Below are positions 12,606 through 26,117 of a stretch of 64,000 nt of DNA, in pieces (position 1 is the first letter of the stretch; each line of letters opens with the position of its first letter). The notes under the pieces are model-generated. The model searched no databases. It saw only the letters and a list, made by a program, of their open reading frames with translations, and was not told the origin of the DNA. A program made the translations under genes and the position numbers. The stretch lies in assembly GCF_009914755.1 (NCBI RefSeq), contig NC_060926.1. The stretch is one strand, 5' to 3'. The stretch comes from the human T2T-CHM13v2.0 reference genome, Homo sapiens.

Positions 12606-12960
12606 TGATATGGTTTGGCTGTATCCCCACCCAAATCTCAACTTGAGTTGTGTCTCCTAGAATTCCCACGTGTTGTGAGATGGACCCACTGGGAGGTAAT
12701 TGAATCATGGAGGCCAGTCTCTCCCATGCTATTCTCATAATAGTGAACAAGTCTCATGAGATCTGATGGGTTTATCACAGGTTTCCACTTTTGCTTCTCC
12801 GTCATTTTTCTCTTGCCACTGCCATATAAGAAGTGCCTTTTACCTCCCGCCATGATTCTGAGGCCCACTCAGCCATGTGGAACTGTAAGTCCAATTAAAC
12901 CGCTTTTTCTTTCCAGTCTCGGGTATGTCTTTATCAACAGTATGAAAACAAACTAATACA
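12606..12960 (+). mobile_element. THE1A solo LTR
   Basis: THE1A-type gggtttatcacaggtttccacttttgcttc segment; TSD TAATG (12601-12605, 12961-12965). Confidence 0.92.
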
Positions 12961-15900
12961 TAATGCCATCTCATTTTGTGGTCTTTTGCAAATGTTCCAC
13001 AATGACTCACAAATGACACCCTGGAAATCTATAATCCTTAGAGCTTTTGCTTTGAACTGCCCTGCTTTGGCTTGGGCTAGGTACAAGTAAATTGCACCAA
13101 AAACAAATAGTATACACTTTATTCGGGTGTTCTGAAGACCTAGTAAAAGCATGTTATTGCAAACTCCTATCAGTGATTTATACATAAAGAATATGACTTT
13201 TAAAAAAGAAGGAAAAAAGAAAGCGAAAGCAAGCAAAGAGAGAGACAGAAAGAAGAAAACCAATTCCCTCTTTCTTTTTTTCCCATATTTTTCTTGATCT
13301 CACTATTAAATGCTGGTTCATTTTTCTATTACTCATTTTTGATCATGTACTAATAGCAGATATTGGCGTCTTCTCTGTTTATTTTAAAAATGAGGCGGAG
13401 TTCAGGATATGGCTATGTTCGATAGCATGGCTGGATTGCTCCGAACCCCTGCCAGCATCAAGCTGTTTTTAGGAGAAAGTTTCCCTCCATTTACCCATTC
13501 AGTCTTAGTCTTCCTCAATAGAAATAAAAGAGGGAAAAACAAATAACAGGAACAGATAGAGAGTGGTTCTTCTGGCAAAATTGTGGTTTCACTTTGTTTC
13601 AGCTTTGGTTGAATTCCAGAGTTCAGGAATTAGAAATTCTTGGACCATTTTTTATTTAATTTTCCCATTAAAAATACACTGAATAACTTCACCTTTTTAC
13701 TATGCCTAGCTACAAGACTGTGATGAGGAGTGAAATTGACTAAATGCAAAACTCTCCTACAAGCATATGCAAGTGCATATCTGACCTCAGAATAGAGAAA
13801 CTGCATGATTGACTTCTCCTGGAATCTACTATGGTGGGGCAGTGGGTTAATGTGCTGTGATGGAATCAAGTAAAACATTTGTGATTTAGATAGGCAGACC
13901 TGTCAATGTGGAAAACTAGTTTGGAGAAATTTAATTGCTGTCAGGATTGAGTGAAAGATCAGATATGAGCAGGTGTCTCACTGGCTTAGAGAGACTGTTT
14001 TAAGTCACGCTGTCTTTACTGCCTGTTTTCTGGAAAAAGGAAAGTGGTTCTCATGGGTTAGTTGACTCCCTAATATATCAGCTGCTACCCCTGTCTATTT
14101 AATCACTACCCTTTTTGCATGAGTCCTGTGTTAGAGATAATTGAAGTGGACAAAGCAGGCACTTGAGAAAAACTAGAAAGAAGAATTTCAAGTCATGGCT
14201 GCTCCTTTTTCCAAATGATAGAAACCCAACCTGAATTAGTACAGGTAGAAGGTAAATTTTCTGTCTCACTGGTTCTGTGCTGGGCATCTTATATTTATTT
14301 ACCCCTCTATATCTATTTCTGCCTGTATCTATCTGCTCTGTCCCCAGGACACTGACCCATACAAACTGTACCAATGGGACCTCTTGCTCTTTGTTCTCTT
14401 GTTTTGGCACTGGCAGGAGATTATAAAGATGAGGACAGTGAGGTCTGCACTTGCTTTGCATCCCTGGTTTTAGCTACCTTTCTTACAAAAGGTCAGATGT
14501 ATAGTCATAAAGCTTTCTCTGTGGAATTTCCTCTCAGCCTTCCAGTCATCTTTCCCTTCCCCTCTTCCTTCAAGCTTAGAAAAGGCAGTGTCTCTCCCCT
14601 CTTGGTGCCCCATGTCTTCTGCTCTCATATTTGCAAATAGTCACTTGATTGAAATTTCCTCGATTACCTGGCTTGAATGAACCACGTCTTTCCTATTGGC
14701 ATCTTGACTGATATTATCTTCAAGAACTGAACAGCTGTAACTATGGAAGTTCAGGGATGCAGTTGTGTTTTCAATAACTAGGACCACAACCAAAAGCTAC
14801 CAATAATTGTTGCTCTGACTTGCATATGTTTTTATCCATCATATAGACTTAATTACTTCTTGTTGAAAAAAAATTAAACTATTACTGACTCCAGAAAGCA
14901 AGAAAAAAATAGTGTTAACCCCAGAGTCTCACAGTCCCATAGCTTCTTTTACTAATAGTGATGGATCTATTTCTGAGGTCCACTTTTTAAAAATATCCAA
15001 GGGACCTTGGGTGAAGTGGCTGTCCTACCTTCCCTGATTAATCAATTTTGGCAGGGGTCCAAGATACATGCAAATACGTAAGCCCTTACCAGAGCTAATG
15101 ATTGAAATAGTGAAAAATGCAATTCTCCGAAGAAGAGAGACTTTTTTTTTACAGAAGAAACTAGAGACAGCATATAGAACACTATACCAAGGGTTCATAC
15201 TTTACCTCTATTTAGATAAAAGGTCAAATATTTATAATCAATAAGCTTTATTATTAGGCAAAACATTTACTGGCAAAACTGTACTATGCTTCAAGCTGTA
15301 GGGTGTGGTTCAAATTCTTAATATTCATATACTTAATGACATATACCATGTACTTGTGTAGACGCACAGACAAAAGATCTGTCGTTATGAAATCCTAATC
15401 TGAAATGCATTCAAATGTGGATCCTGTAAACATAAATATTTCAAATTATGGTGTGGTCTTAGATCCCCTTCTAAAATTAAAAATAATAATAATAATAAAA
15501 AGGAAGTGACCCTTATCTACCCATTTCTATATCTGTTTAATAATGGCAAAGATGCAATGGAAACAACCAATATCAAAGTATTTTAAATGCCTAAAGCTCC
15601 GAATAAGTGACTTTACACTCTGTTTTTAAACCTTATAGCTATTAGAGAAGTAATTTTTTAAATTAGCCAATAAGAAGGTGGCTAAACATCATTTTGAGTG
15701 ATTGTCTATCAGAGGTACAGAAAATATAAAGTAAGAGAACATAGATGCATTTTGTAATTCTCACCTGGACAACACAAAGTCTGAGTTTCCATCCTTGGCT
15801 ATGGTTGCAGGACCATGTACTGTGTTTCTGACTGGTATAGCAAGAATAGCTATTGGAACTTGATGAGACCCAGGCAATATGCCAAAACCACACACTGGGA

Positions 15901-16217
15901 TCCATGTTCACTGTTCACATACTGGTACTGTTATGAGAGCTAACATGTATCCTCTTCTATATGGAATAGTGAATGAGACATTAATATTTGCCTTTGACAA
16001 AACCATAAAGAAGAGAAGTGATCCCAACAAATCTGGTATAAAAGAAATATGGAGAATGAAAAGATGAAATCTGTACTGTAGAATAAGGATTGGCTACTTT
16101 ACTAATACACATGTGCATTCTGAAATCTGTACTAAAACTGTGCCTTTTCATCCTGGTAAGTCCCTTCTACTAGGCCAGGTTCAGTTGCTAGACCTAGAAA
16201 TATAAAAGAAAAGATAG

Positions 16218-16442
16218 ATAATATTTACTGACAGACAACCTAATGTAAGTCCTTCTGCTGAGAACTTACATTCCATTTATTCCTTATAACAGCCTTACAA
16301 TTTAAGCATCATTTTGTCTGTTTTCCATAGGGAGAAAAAGAAGCTCAGAAAAATTCAGTAAATTGTCAAGTTTAAATAGATGGTGGTCAGTCTGCTTTGA
16401 ACTCATTTTTTTCTGATTATGGAACCTCTGTGCACTACACTA
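16218..16442 (-). mobile_element. MIR
   Basis: ccttataacagcctta...ccatagggagaaaaagaagctcagaaaaattcagtaaattgtcaag. Confidence 0.6.
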
Positions 16443-17019
16443 TTTAATAGTTGTATTATCCAAAGGCTAACTATGGCTCATACAACACATGACAAAATTG
16501 TGTTAGGTGAATGGACTATATATCTATCTCTGCAAAGTGTCCCATTTACAAATGCATTACCTTTGTAAATCTACTACAATCCAATGTCTTCCTTATTTCT
16601 GTAGACTCAGAAATCTGGTTTTTCTCATTCACCGAGAGTAGATCCATTTCTCTTTATTATACTGATAACAAATAATGTCTTAGATTCTGTGACTGATGTA
16701 TAAAATCAGAATGCCAATTCATTAACTTACAATAGAAAAGTATTATTTTACATGACCTTGAAGATATGCAGCCACACAGTAATCAAAAGATTAAAGTTGA
16801 CTATTTCAATTAGAATAAAATTAATCATAATGAAAACAGAATGTTTGATTGTATCCAACTTAAATAGGGGGATGTATGTATTTACCCAGCAGGTCTGGCC
16901 TTTCCAATGGTAACCATAGTTCTAGGAGCCTACTGGACAGGTTTGGTCACTGTTTACTTTTATGGCTCTTTTTTCCATGTTTTTTAGTTAAACAATTTCT
17001 TGCTTTTGACCATGAAGGT

Positions 17020-17240
17020 GTTAAATTCTCAAAAAATACTAGCAAACTGAATTCAGCAATATTTTAAAAGAATTACAGACAATGATCAACTTAGATGTAT
17101 TCCAGAAATACTAAAGTGGTTCAACATAAGAAAATCAATCAATGTAATACACTACATTAGTAGACTGAGAGAGAGGAAAGAAACTAAAACATGATCATTT
17201 CAATCAACAAAGGAAAGGCATTGGACAAAACTCAGCACTC
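17020..17240 (+). mobile_element. L1M ORF2 (RT N-terminal) fragment
   Basis: aaaatactagcaaactgaattcagcaa...ggttcaacataagaaaatcaatcaatgtaatacac. Confidence 0.8.
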
Positions 17241-17255
17241 AGAAATCTAGAAACA

Positions 17256-17673
17256 AAAGTCCTAACCCCAGGTACCTATGATTATGAACATTTTTGGAAA
17301 CAGGATCTTTGAAGATAAATTAGTTAAGAAGAGATCATACTGTATTAGAGTGGGTCCTAAATCAGTGACTTGTATCCTTATAAAATCATGGGAAGACACA
17401 GAGAGGACCCACAGTGAAGAAGGTCATGTGATGGCAGAGGTAGAAACTGAGAGATCCAGCTGCAAGCCAAAGAATGCCAAGGATTGGCAGCAACCATTTG
17501 TTATGAGAAGAAGATAAGAAAGAACTTTTCCCTACAGTCTTCAGAAGAAGTATGGTCCTGCTGACAGCTTGATTTTGGACTTCTGGTCTCCATAACTATG
17601 AGAGAATAAATTTCTGGTGTTTTAAGGCACCCAGTTTTTGACATTTTGTTATGGTCCCCTAGGACATTAATAC
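17256..17673 (+). mobile_element. MLT1C-like LTR lacking its 5' end
   Basis: gtcctaaccccaggtacct...caagccaaagaatgccaaggattg...gagagaataaatttct...taatac. Confidence 0.82.
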
Positions 17674-17675
17674 TT

Positions 17676-18041
17676 ACAATGGCATATTATTTAACCATAA
17701 AAAGAATTAAGTAGTTATATATACTACAATGTGGATAAGCCTCAAAAACATTGCTCAAAGTGAAAGAAGCCAGAGACTAAAGGTATGATTTTATTTATAT
17801 AAAGTATGCAGAATTGGAAAATACATAGATACAAAAACAAGACTGGCGGTGGTCAGGAGGTTGTGGGAAGAGAGCAATGGGAATAACTGTTTAATAGGTA
17901 CAGAGTTTTATTTTGGCATTACAAAAATATTTAGAACTAGATAGAGGTGGTGTTGGCACAAAAATGTGAATGCAGTAAATGCCAGTGAGTGGTTTGGCTT
18001 AAAATGGTTAATTGATGTTAAGTAAATTTCATCTCAAAAAA
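17676..18041 (+). mobile_element. L1MB 3' end
   Basis: aagtgaaagaagccag...ggtacagagtttta...gaactagatagaggtggtg...aaaatggttaatt. Confidence 0.8.
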
Positions 18042-20179
18042 GTGAAGGTGTTGGGCTTATATAAAATCTTAAAGAGTTTAAGAAGAATAAGCAAATTACA
18101 GACAAAATTTGGCTAATAGATGAGTTACTGGCTACATGAACAAGTTCTCCACTGCTTCTGTTTCCTGATGCTTCCCATGTGATTATATTTGTTTCTATTT
18201 TCATTTTGCACGTACGAATAGGCATTTTTCTTTTTATTAAATACTTATATGAGTGGCAGGAGATAATAAAAGTTATTTCAAAGCTTTAATAAATATCTAG
18301 AGAGTGCTAAATCTTGTAAGTTTAGAGTTAACAAATTCCAACTGTACTTTTTGGTTAAATAGGTCAGATTTCAATACTGCATAAATTCTCAGCCTGCTGT
18401 TTATTATCTTTGCAGTCCGTGAGAAATGATTATTCTAGGTTTTTCTGTTGAATGCTTTCATAAATGAATATAATTCTTTGACACAGCTTAGAATTCTCCA
18501 AGTTCAGTTATGTTAATAACTGAGAGAAAATGTCTGTGTTTGCTTCAGCTCAAGAACTTACCCATGTGAATTGATTATTGATAAATTTTGGACAACTTAA
18601 ATGAAAGATTTCATCTAGTAAAATAAACCCCAGCATATTTATTATGATTCATTTAATTATACTCAACAAGCTGTTTGTCTTTTCTCTTTTATTCCAACAG
18701 CAATTATTTGCAGTTGACAAGGACTCACTAGTAGCTTCATTTGCCATTAAGGGAATGGATGTTCAGAGATAGACATGGCCTTTCCTAATTCAAATGGTAG
18801 ATGTAGTCCAGAAAAATCCTAGGCTTCTCACCAAGTTCACTTTCTTCTGAAGATTTGGCATTGCACGCACCCAACCTCAACAACCGAATATAAATGAAAA
18901 GATGATAAAACTTTAGAAAATTTGATGCTTTTGTCACATTTATTTTCAAGTAATTAAAAACAAATTTCTAGGTGGCTGGAAAAATGCTTCTGAACTGAAA
19001 CAACATTTACTTTATATTTTCTGTAAAGGGAAAGAAAATTCCTCAAATAAACAATGATCACTTTTTATTTGAAATAGTAAAAAAAAATGCTATAGCGATT
19101 ATATTAATCCCAAACAATTTAAAAACTCATCACATTGATGAACACTTCGATATTTAGTGATCTCACCTGTTTTCATCTATATATAATGTACCAGAGATGA
19201 GAACTACCAAGGGAATATTTTCTGGTTTGAGAGAATTAAATTCATTATCAAACAAAAGCCAATGAAACTGGAATAGAAAGTAGGCATAGGAAATTGAGGC
19301 CTGCTCTGCTGTTGCTGAGAGTATCATCAGGCTAGAGATCATCTAAAGGGAACTTGTTTTCTGGCTGTGTTTTGAAGCAAGTTCAGTTGGAAAGAATGTC
19401 TGTTTTCTCTGTCCTTGTTTTTTTTGCCTTACGTATCCGTCCTCGGAAAGATGTGTTTTTAAATTTAAAAAGATGACCTTTTAAACTATGGCATATTGTT
19501 TGGGAGTAGGGGTTGTTGAAATTATCCAATGAATTAAAACATAGGAAGCATTATGACTAGTAACAGCATAAAATATGCACCCAATAAATGTTAGTTATTT
19601 TTAATATTAACTTACCGAAATCTCATCCAGTGCTCTATGATCTGTAAGAAAATGTCTACATTCCTGAGTCTGATATTCAAAACTTTCCAATATCTGACCC
19701 AATCCTGTTTTTTCCAAAATATATTCCACAGATTAATTATAAGAGTTTATCTCATCAGCCATATTGGTTTATAAGAAACCATAAATACATAATATCTGTC
19801 CTTCCTCATAATCTAATTTTTGCCTACAACATTGGCTTTGCCTCTGTGGCCCTGCCTATTTCCTTCATCACTGCTTATTAAATTTTAGATATAGTCCCCA
19901 GACTAGGTCAAGCCCAACCCTTTCCTGGTCACTCTAGGTCACAGTATTCTCTATTCAGCTCAGTTTTTATAATGTTTGTTATCTGGATTAGTAAACTTGT
20001 ACTAATATTACTCTAAATTATTTATCTTTTTTTAATCTGAAACTAGGTTTCTATTTATATTTTTCTCATGCTGTACTTTTTTCTAGAGAGTACACATTAG
20101 TGATTAATTAATAATTATTGAGTTTGAAAACTGATACATAACTTGGAAAATAGATACATGTAATAGAAAAGAAAAATTC

Positions 20180-20408
<229 letters not shown>

Positions 20409-21922
20409 TAGCTTAACAGAACCTACGTAGATAATGTGCCGTGGAAACAAACAATAGTGTGTGTTTTCTTAAGGCTGTCCACCCAAATTGCTTGTGAACT
20501 ATGTTGTATTTGCTTGCATCCTGTTTTTCCTCCTCCTACTGTACTGTGATTGCAATACTCTAAACTCCTCAGCATGAAGGACATACTTCAAGTTCTATTT
20601 TCTAGAGAGCCTGTTGGATGACTTTCTAGTCTATTACCAACATCGTTGGGACACGAAATGTAAAGACTGAAACAAGTAACTTTAATAGAGAATCTATAGC
20701 ACTACAGTTTGTTTCAGGCATTTATAGAATTTAATGTTTACAGCAGTTATCTAAAACGTTATTGATTCTTAAGAATGAGAAATATGAATGTCAAAGAGTT
20801 AAGGAGATGTCCTCAAGGTGCAATGATTTAAACTCAAGACTCACAGACTCTTGATACACTGCATTGCAAACAGTTCTTCCAAGATTCAGATGATAAAAGT
20901 CTTACTATTTACACACCATCACTGGTGCTATTCTTAGGCACACAGTTCCTACATTCTGTTAGGGAAGGAAGCCTCCTGGATTAGTTTCTTTCCCAGAGGA
21001 TTATGGAGCATCCTAGACCACCTTTCACAGCCTGTACATGCTTTCACCTTGTTCAGTGTTTGGTCAGGAGGAATGTCCTGGTGTTACATGGGACATGAGA
21101 CTCCACAAGATTTTGGATGCTATCAGAAGCTGGTCAATCTATCTGCCTCATACATTTGAAGGCTTGCAGCAACTGGATATAATCTCGCTCATCATTTAAA
21201 TATTATATCACCTCTCCCTTCCAGGCAGTTAAAAATTTCTAAATTTCATGGTCACACACAGCCATTTATGAAAGATCTCTGAGAAAGATGGCTTCAAGGG
21301 TCTCTCAGCAGATAATTCAGAGGCTAATATCCTCTCTAGTCAGTTTTTCGTGAAGTTGAAACTAAATATTTGCAACAGTGAAAACTCATTTCTCTTTAGC
21401 ATTATTCTGAGACGTAACATAAACTTGCAAAGTATTATAATAAATTACCTGACAGATGAATTTCAAAAACACTAATAGTAACAGGCTCTTTAATAATAAG
21501 ACCAAGAAAAAATAAGTACTTAAAGCAATAATCTATGAAAAGCTGCTAAGTGGAGTGCCCCAGAAGGCACTCACCAAAATGGAAAATGTGCAACATGAAG
21601 GAATGGTGTTGGGTGGGGCCTTGAAAGAGAGGGAAAATATTGCTACCAATCACAAGAGTCCACAGCAAAATCCATTGAATACCTGCTCTGGGACAGGGAG
21701 TGAAGATCATAGTAAGTAAATTGCCCAAGATTCCTCTGCTATTTAGATATAGAAACAATATACAAAACACTCAGCAAGCCCAAGGCAAGGCACTTCATAA
21801 TGGTTATGCTCTTAGCAATTCACAATGATGAACTGGAAAAAGAAGGGAAATTAGGTCCATGAGAAATTTGTGGCCAACTTTTTACTTCTATAACATATTC
21901 CACCCCAGACAGCAACAGACCA

Positions 21923-22335
21923 TGGCAGAACAGACACTGTTGGTTCTCTAATCAACAGGTATTCCCTTTCTTCTTTTGGAATAGAACCTTAATTGTTTTC
22001 CAGTATTGCCAGGAATAGGAATGTGTTTCAGGTGGGGCTGTGTCCATGCCCAGCCCCAGGAGGTAAATTTGGATTAATTTAAACCAGCCATGATCATTCT
22101 ATCTTCTTTGACAGTGGAAGACTTGGAATTCAGTCCTGGCCAATAAGATATTAAGTGCAGTCCCCTGGATTAGTTTTATGAGGTTGTGATGACTGGAAAA
22201 GCAGCAGCCATCAAATTACCATGAGAACACAAACTTGAAAATTGTGCAAATAAGTTGAGTAGACAAGGTTAAAATATATGGCCATGCCTGCAGTTTATGA
22301 GTTAACTATACTGGGACTGCTAGGCTTCCCAACCG
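21923..22335 (+). mobile_element. Old MLT1 (J/K-like) LTR
   Basis: cagacactgttggttctct...cagtcctggccaataagat...gatgactggaaaagcagcagccatc. Confidence 0.6.
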
Positions 22336-22415
22336 AGAAAGAACTGCATTAAATGTTGGATTTCTGGAAAGTGACTATGGTAAAGGGAGCAAATAAGAAA
22401 TTTAGCTTATTTTTT

Positions 22416-22493
22416 CCCTCCCTCCCTCCCTCCCTCCCTCCCTCCCTTCCTTCCTTCCTTCCTTCCTTCCTTCCTTCCTTCCTTCCTTCCTTC
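22416..22493 (+). repeat. (CCCT)n(CCTT)n compound microsatellite
   Basis: Directly visible polypyrimidine repeat. Confidence 0.95.
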
Positions 22494-24029
22494 ATCCATC
22501 CTACTTTAGTGGTGGTGAAAGAAATAAGATAAAGAATCTGAATATTCTGTCAGCTTATCCATTCCAAAAATGTTTTCTAATCAAGGAGGTGAGAAAGAAC
22601 AGTAGTGCTAACATGTGAAGCAACAACAGCAGCAAAAAGTTATCCTACAGCCGAGCACTAGCGGACTAGAAGTAAAGTGTCTGACTGAAAATAACTCCTT
22701 TTATATGGTATTAAATGTCCACTGATATGGGAAATATGAGAACCTTTTAAAAACACAGAAAACCATGTCCAATGAGTTGAAAACATAATTCACTTATGAA
22801 TCAATTTTTTTAGAAGAAAAGTGAGTAAGAAAAACAAACTAAGAGGAAGGAGGGATTGATCCTTGTCCCATGGCTCTCATGAATCATAGTATAAATTAGT
22901 GCAGAGCTTCCCCTATGCACACAGGGAAGGTAACACATGATCCATTCATTCTCGAAGTATTGTTGATACAATAAAATAATAAATGGTAAACTGCTTTGAA
23001 AAGCATGACATTAATATTAATCATCCTCATAATAGCATGTTATGACAAATGTATTTCATTTATGCAATGCTTAGTTCATCACATGTAAAACATATTACTT
23101 CAAAGAAAATATTACAAACACAATTTTTTAGATATGAAAACTAAGGCTTAGACATATTCTTATTCATCTAAATGTACATAGCTAATTAAATACAGAACTA
23201 TTTATAACCCACAATTTCATATATATGCAAATTTAGTGAAGACTTTTCATCTTTCTTTCATTCCCTTTCTCCATTTACAATGGACCTGTCCCAATCTGTT
23301 ATCTATTTTTTCCATATACAATAGGGTAGAGAATTGGCCTACAGGGTTTTTTCAACCTATCTCTTAACAAACTCAGGAGTGGTTGACTCTATGGAGGTTA
23401 ATCATTGCCAAGTGAATCTTCCTTTATCCTTCAAACTCAAGGACAGTTTAGACCATTCAAACACACTGGACACATTTCATACCTAACTAGAGCATAGAGT
23501 GGTCTCCTGCACAAATTCCTCCATACACTTGTAGAAATGCAAGTCTGTTCATCATTAATCTTATGATATGGAAAATAGTTCATTTGTATGGAAATAGCTG
23601 AATTGGGATGATGTGTTTCTTGTTGAAAATGAAACACAGATTTCTGATTAAAAGCCAAATCTCGTTGTGAAAAGGTCAAAAACGATGGCTTCAAATAAAA
23701 TTATTTCAGCTCTATTTTATGCAGGTCACTGATGAAATGCCCTGTCAAAATGTGAATGGTTTTCTGGTGTTTCTGTGTGATTGCAAATTAAAAAAAACCC
23801 CTGCCACTTAAAAGTTTTAAAAGTAGATACATATTGAACACCTAGATACATTTTGGATGTATATAATTTGTGTTTTATAAATATGTAAATAAATTTGAAA
23901 GGCATTAGATAATAAAGTTGTATAAACATACATATAATTAGGATCCCAAATTATCCTTACTATTGCATATTGTGTAAATCAAGGTTATAGTGAGCATTAT
24001 ATACCTAGTAAAAATGAATATCAGGTATT

Positions 24030-24556
24030 TTATGACTCAGCACTTTTTCTCAAAATATATGGGTGTGTGTATAAAAAATGACTACATATACCCTTGAATA
24101 CATGTGTAAAAATGCATATGCAAGCACTATTCATAATAACAGAAATGGAAATAATTCAAATGTCCATTAGCAATAGAGTAGAAATATAAATCCATGTATA
24201 TTCATAAATGATATAATACAGAGCTATGAAAGAAGCACACTATAGTAACATGCAAGACAATGGATGGATCTCACAGACAATATTGTACGAAACAAGTCAA
24301 ACACAAGAGAAGGCATATGTATAATTTCATCCATGTAAAGTTTAAGAATAGACAAATTTTACCTATGGTGTTAGAAGTTAGAAAATGTCTCTTGGGGGCT
24401 TTGGAAATATGAATTGGGATGGGTTATGATGAAATGTCTGGGATGCTGGAAATGTTGCCTTTATTGATCTCTGTGCTGCACGTATTGGTAAAAATTCACA
24501 AGTTGTATACTCAGGAGTTGTGTGTGTTAGTGTAGTACTTGAATACCTAATTAAAT
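24030..24556 (+). mobile_element. L1ME 3' end
   Basis: gcactattcataataac...caaatgtccattagcaatagag...ggatctcacagacaatattg...tctgggatgctggaaatgtt. Confidence 0.75.
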
Positions 24557-25443
24557 TAATTTAATCACAGCTCCTAATTTTGTAATTCTATATTAGAGAG
24601 AATAATTCCGTAGATTTAGTGCTAACTTATGATTTTAAGAAGCCTGTGAATGGGCAATCCAGGGTAACCTAGTTTATATTTCCTATGACTAGCTCCACAG
24701 TAACTAGTAGATAGAACTAGGGTTTCCAGCTTTCCTGTAAACTATAATAGTTGGCTAGCAGTAAAGTTGAAACTAATTTTCATGCAGATTTATAATAATA
24801 AGATATTTTTGAATTTCATTCCAGTTATTACACTGTTGAAAGAAATTATATACTCACCACTGTCTTTATTAGAAAAGTACTGTTGAGTTATTTTAGTTAA
24901 TACAGCTTTCTTCTATCTGGAATGGATTTTTAATCTACAATTATACTCCAACAATATTAATGATTAAAATATGACTATTTAGGTACAATTAACGTTGCAT
25001 TGCGGGCTACTTTTTTAATTTTTACAGAAAGAATAATAAGAAGTTCTTTCTTATTGCATTTATGAAAACATTGACTTTTATGTAGGTTATTTTGTATTCA
25101 GTTTGTCATGCATGGTGTGCCCAGAGATCTTTGAACCAGGCAAGATTTCACAGTTCCCTTTAAATAGTGCTTTGAGGGATAATGGTTGTAGTTAGGAAGC
25201 TACTTTACATTATTCCTTTTATTTTCTCGCCAATGTCCTTAACTGTATTTTAATGATTTTGATTTCTAGATAATGATATTCATTCTCACAGACAAGGCAG
25301 CTCAAATTCCATCTAACTATTTTATGCATTCACTCTTTCTCATTACATTATCTTTTGATATAGGAAGGTTTTGTGATTTTTTTTCTCTGATTTTTGAAGT
25401 CAGAGGGCTTTGACTCTTGATTATCTAAGGGCTGTTTCAATTG

Positions 25444-25500
25444 AGTTAGCCCAGTTAACTGGAGTGTATCACTAATGAAGTCAAGTTTTAGGTTATAGCT
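25444..25500 (+). mobile_element. tRNA-Ile-like SINE head / tRNA pseudogene relic (MamSINE1-like)
   Basis: agttagcccagttaactggagtgtatcactaatgaagtcaag aligns by eye with tRNA-Ile(AAT) ggttagctcagttggttagagcgtggtgctaataacgccaag. Confidence 0.45.
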
Positions 25501-26117
25501 ATGGAAGGGGAAAGAGACCTTACCCATAAATCAGGTGAGCTGTCCTGTAAATATCTCCCAAGAGCCTGGAGACATAAGTGTTTGGGTCCCTCCCTTCAAC
25601 AGTCAATATCAATGAATCAATAAAATTAAAGCACTTTCTCAACTGATGAGAGACTTAAGTACAAATATCTGACTTTTCAGAATTTCAATACCATTGATAA
25701 CATGTAAAATGCATTGCAATATTTGTTATATACTCTTCAGTTTATTATTCCAAAAGGAAAGCTAAAATTAGGAGCCTAAGATATGGCGGGCTCTGTATAG
25801 TGCCTGAAATGTAGGGAAGAATATGACACAGTCCAACACCTCAGGTAATTTACACCTAATTGAGGAAAGGGGCTGTGTGTAAAGATGCATTGATCACAAA
25901 TTACCATTTAGAGTGCATTACAAAAAATGATATGCAAGACAGAGATGGCAGAAAGGAGGAAGTGAATAACTATAAGAATGGTCACAGGTGGGTATGGAAA
26001 TCATACAAAGTTTTTTGAGAAATCAAAATCTTTATGTAGCACACCTTCCAATTTCCCTTCTTATCTTTTCCACCTAGCTTTTCTTCCTGTCCTGTAGTAT
26101 AAATGTTGTTGATAAGG

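Noticed and set aside
14419-14442. Engineered FLAG tag or synthetic insert
   Set aside because: Only DYKD matches exactly, and there is no linker, restriction site or vector context.
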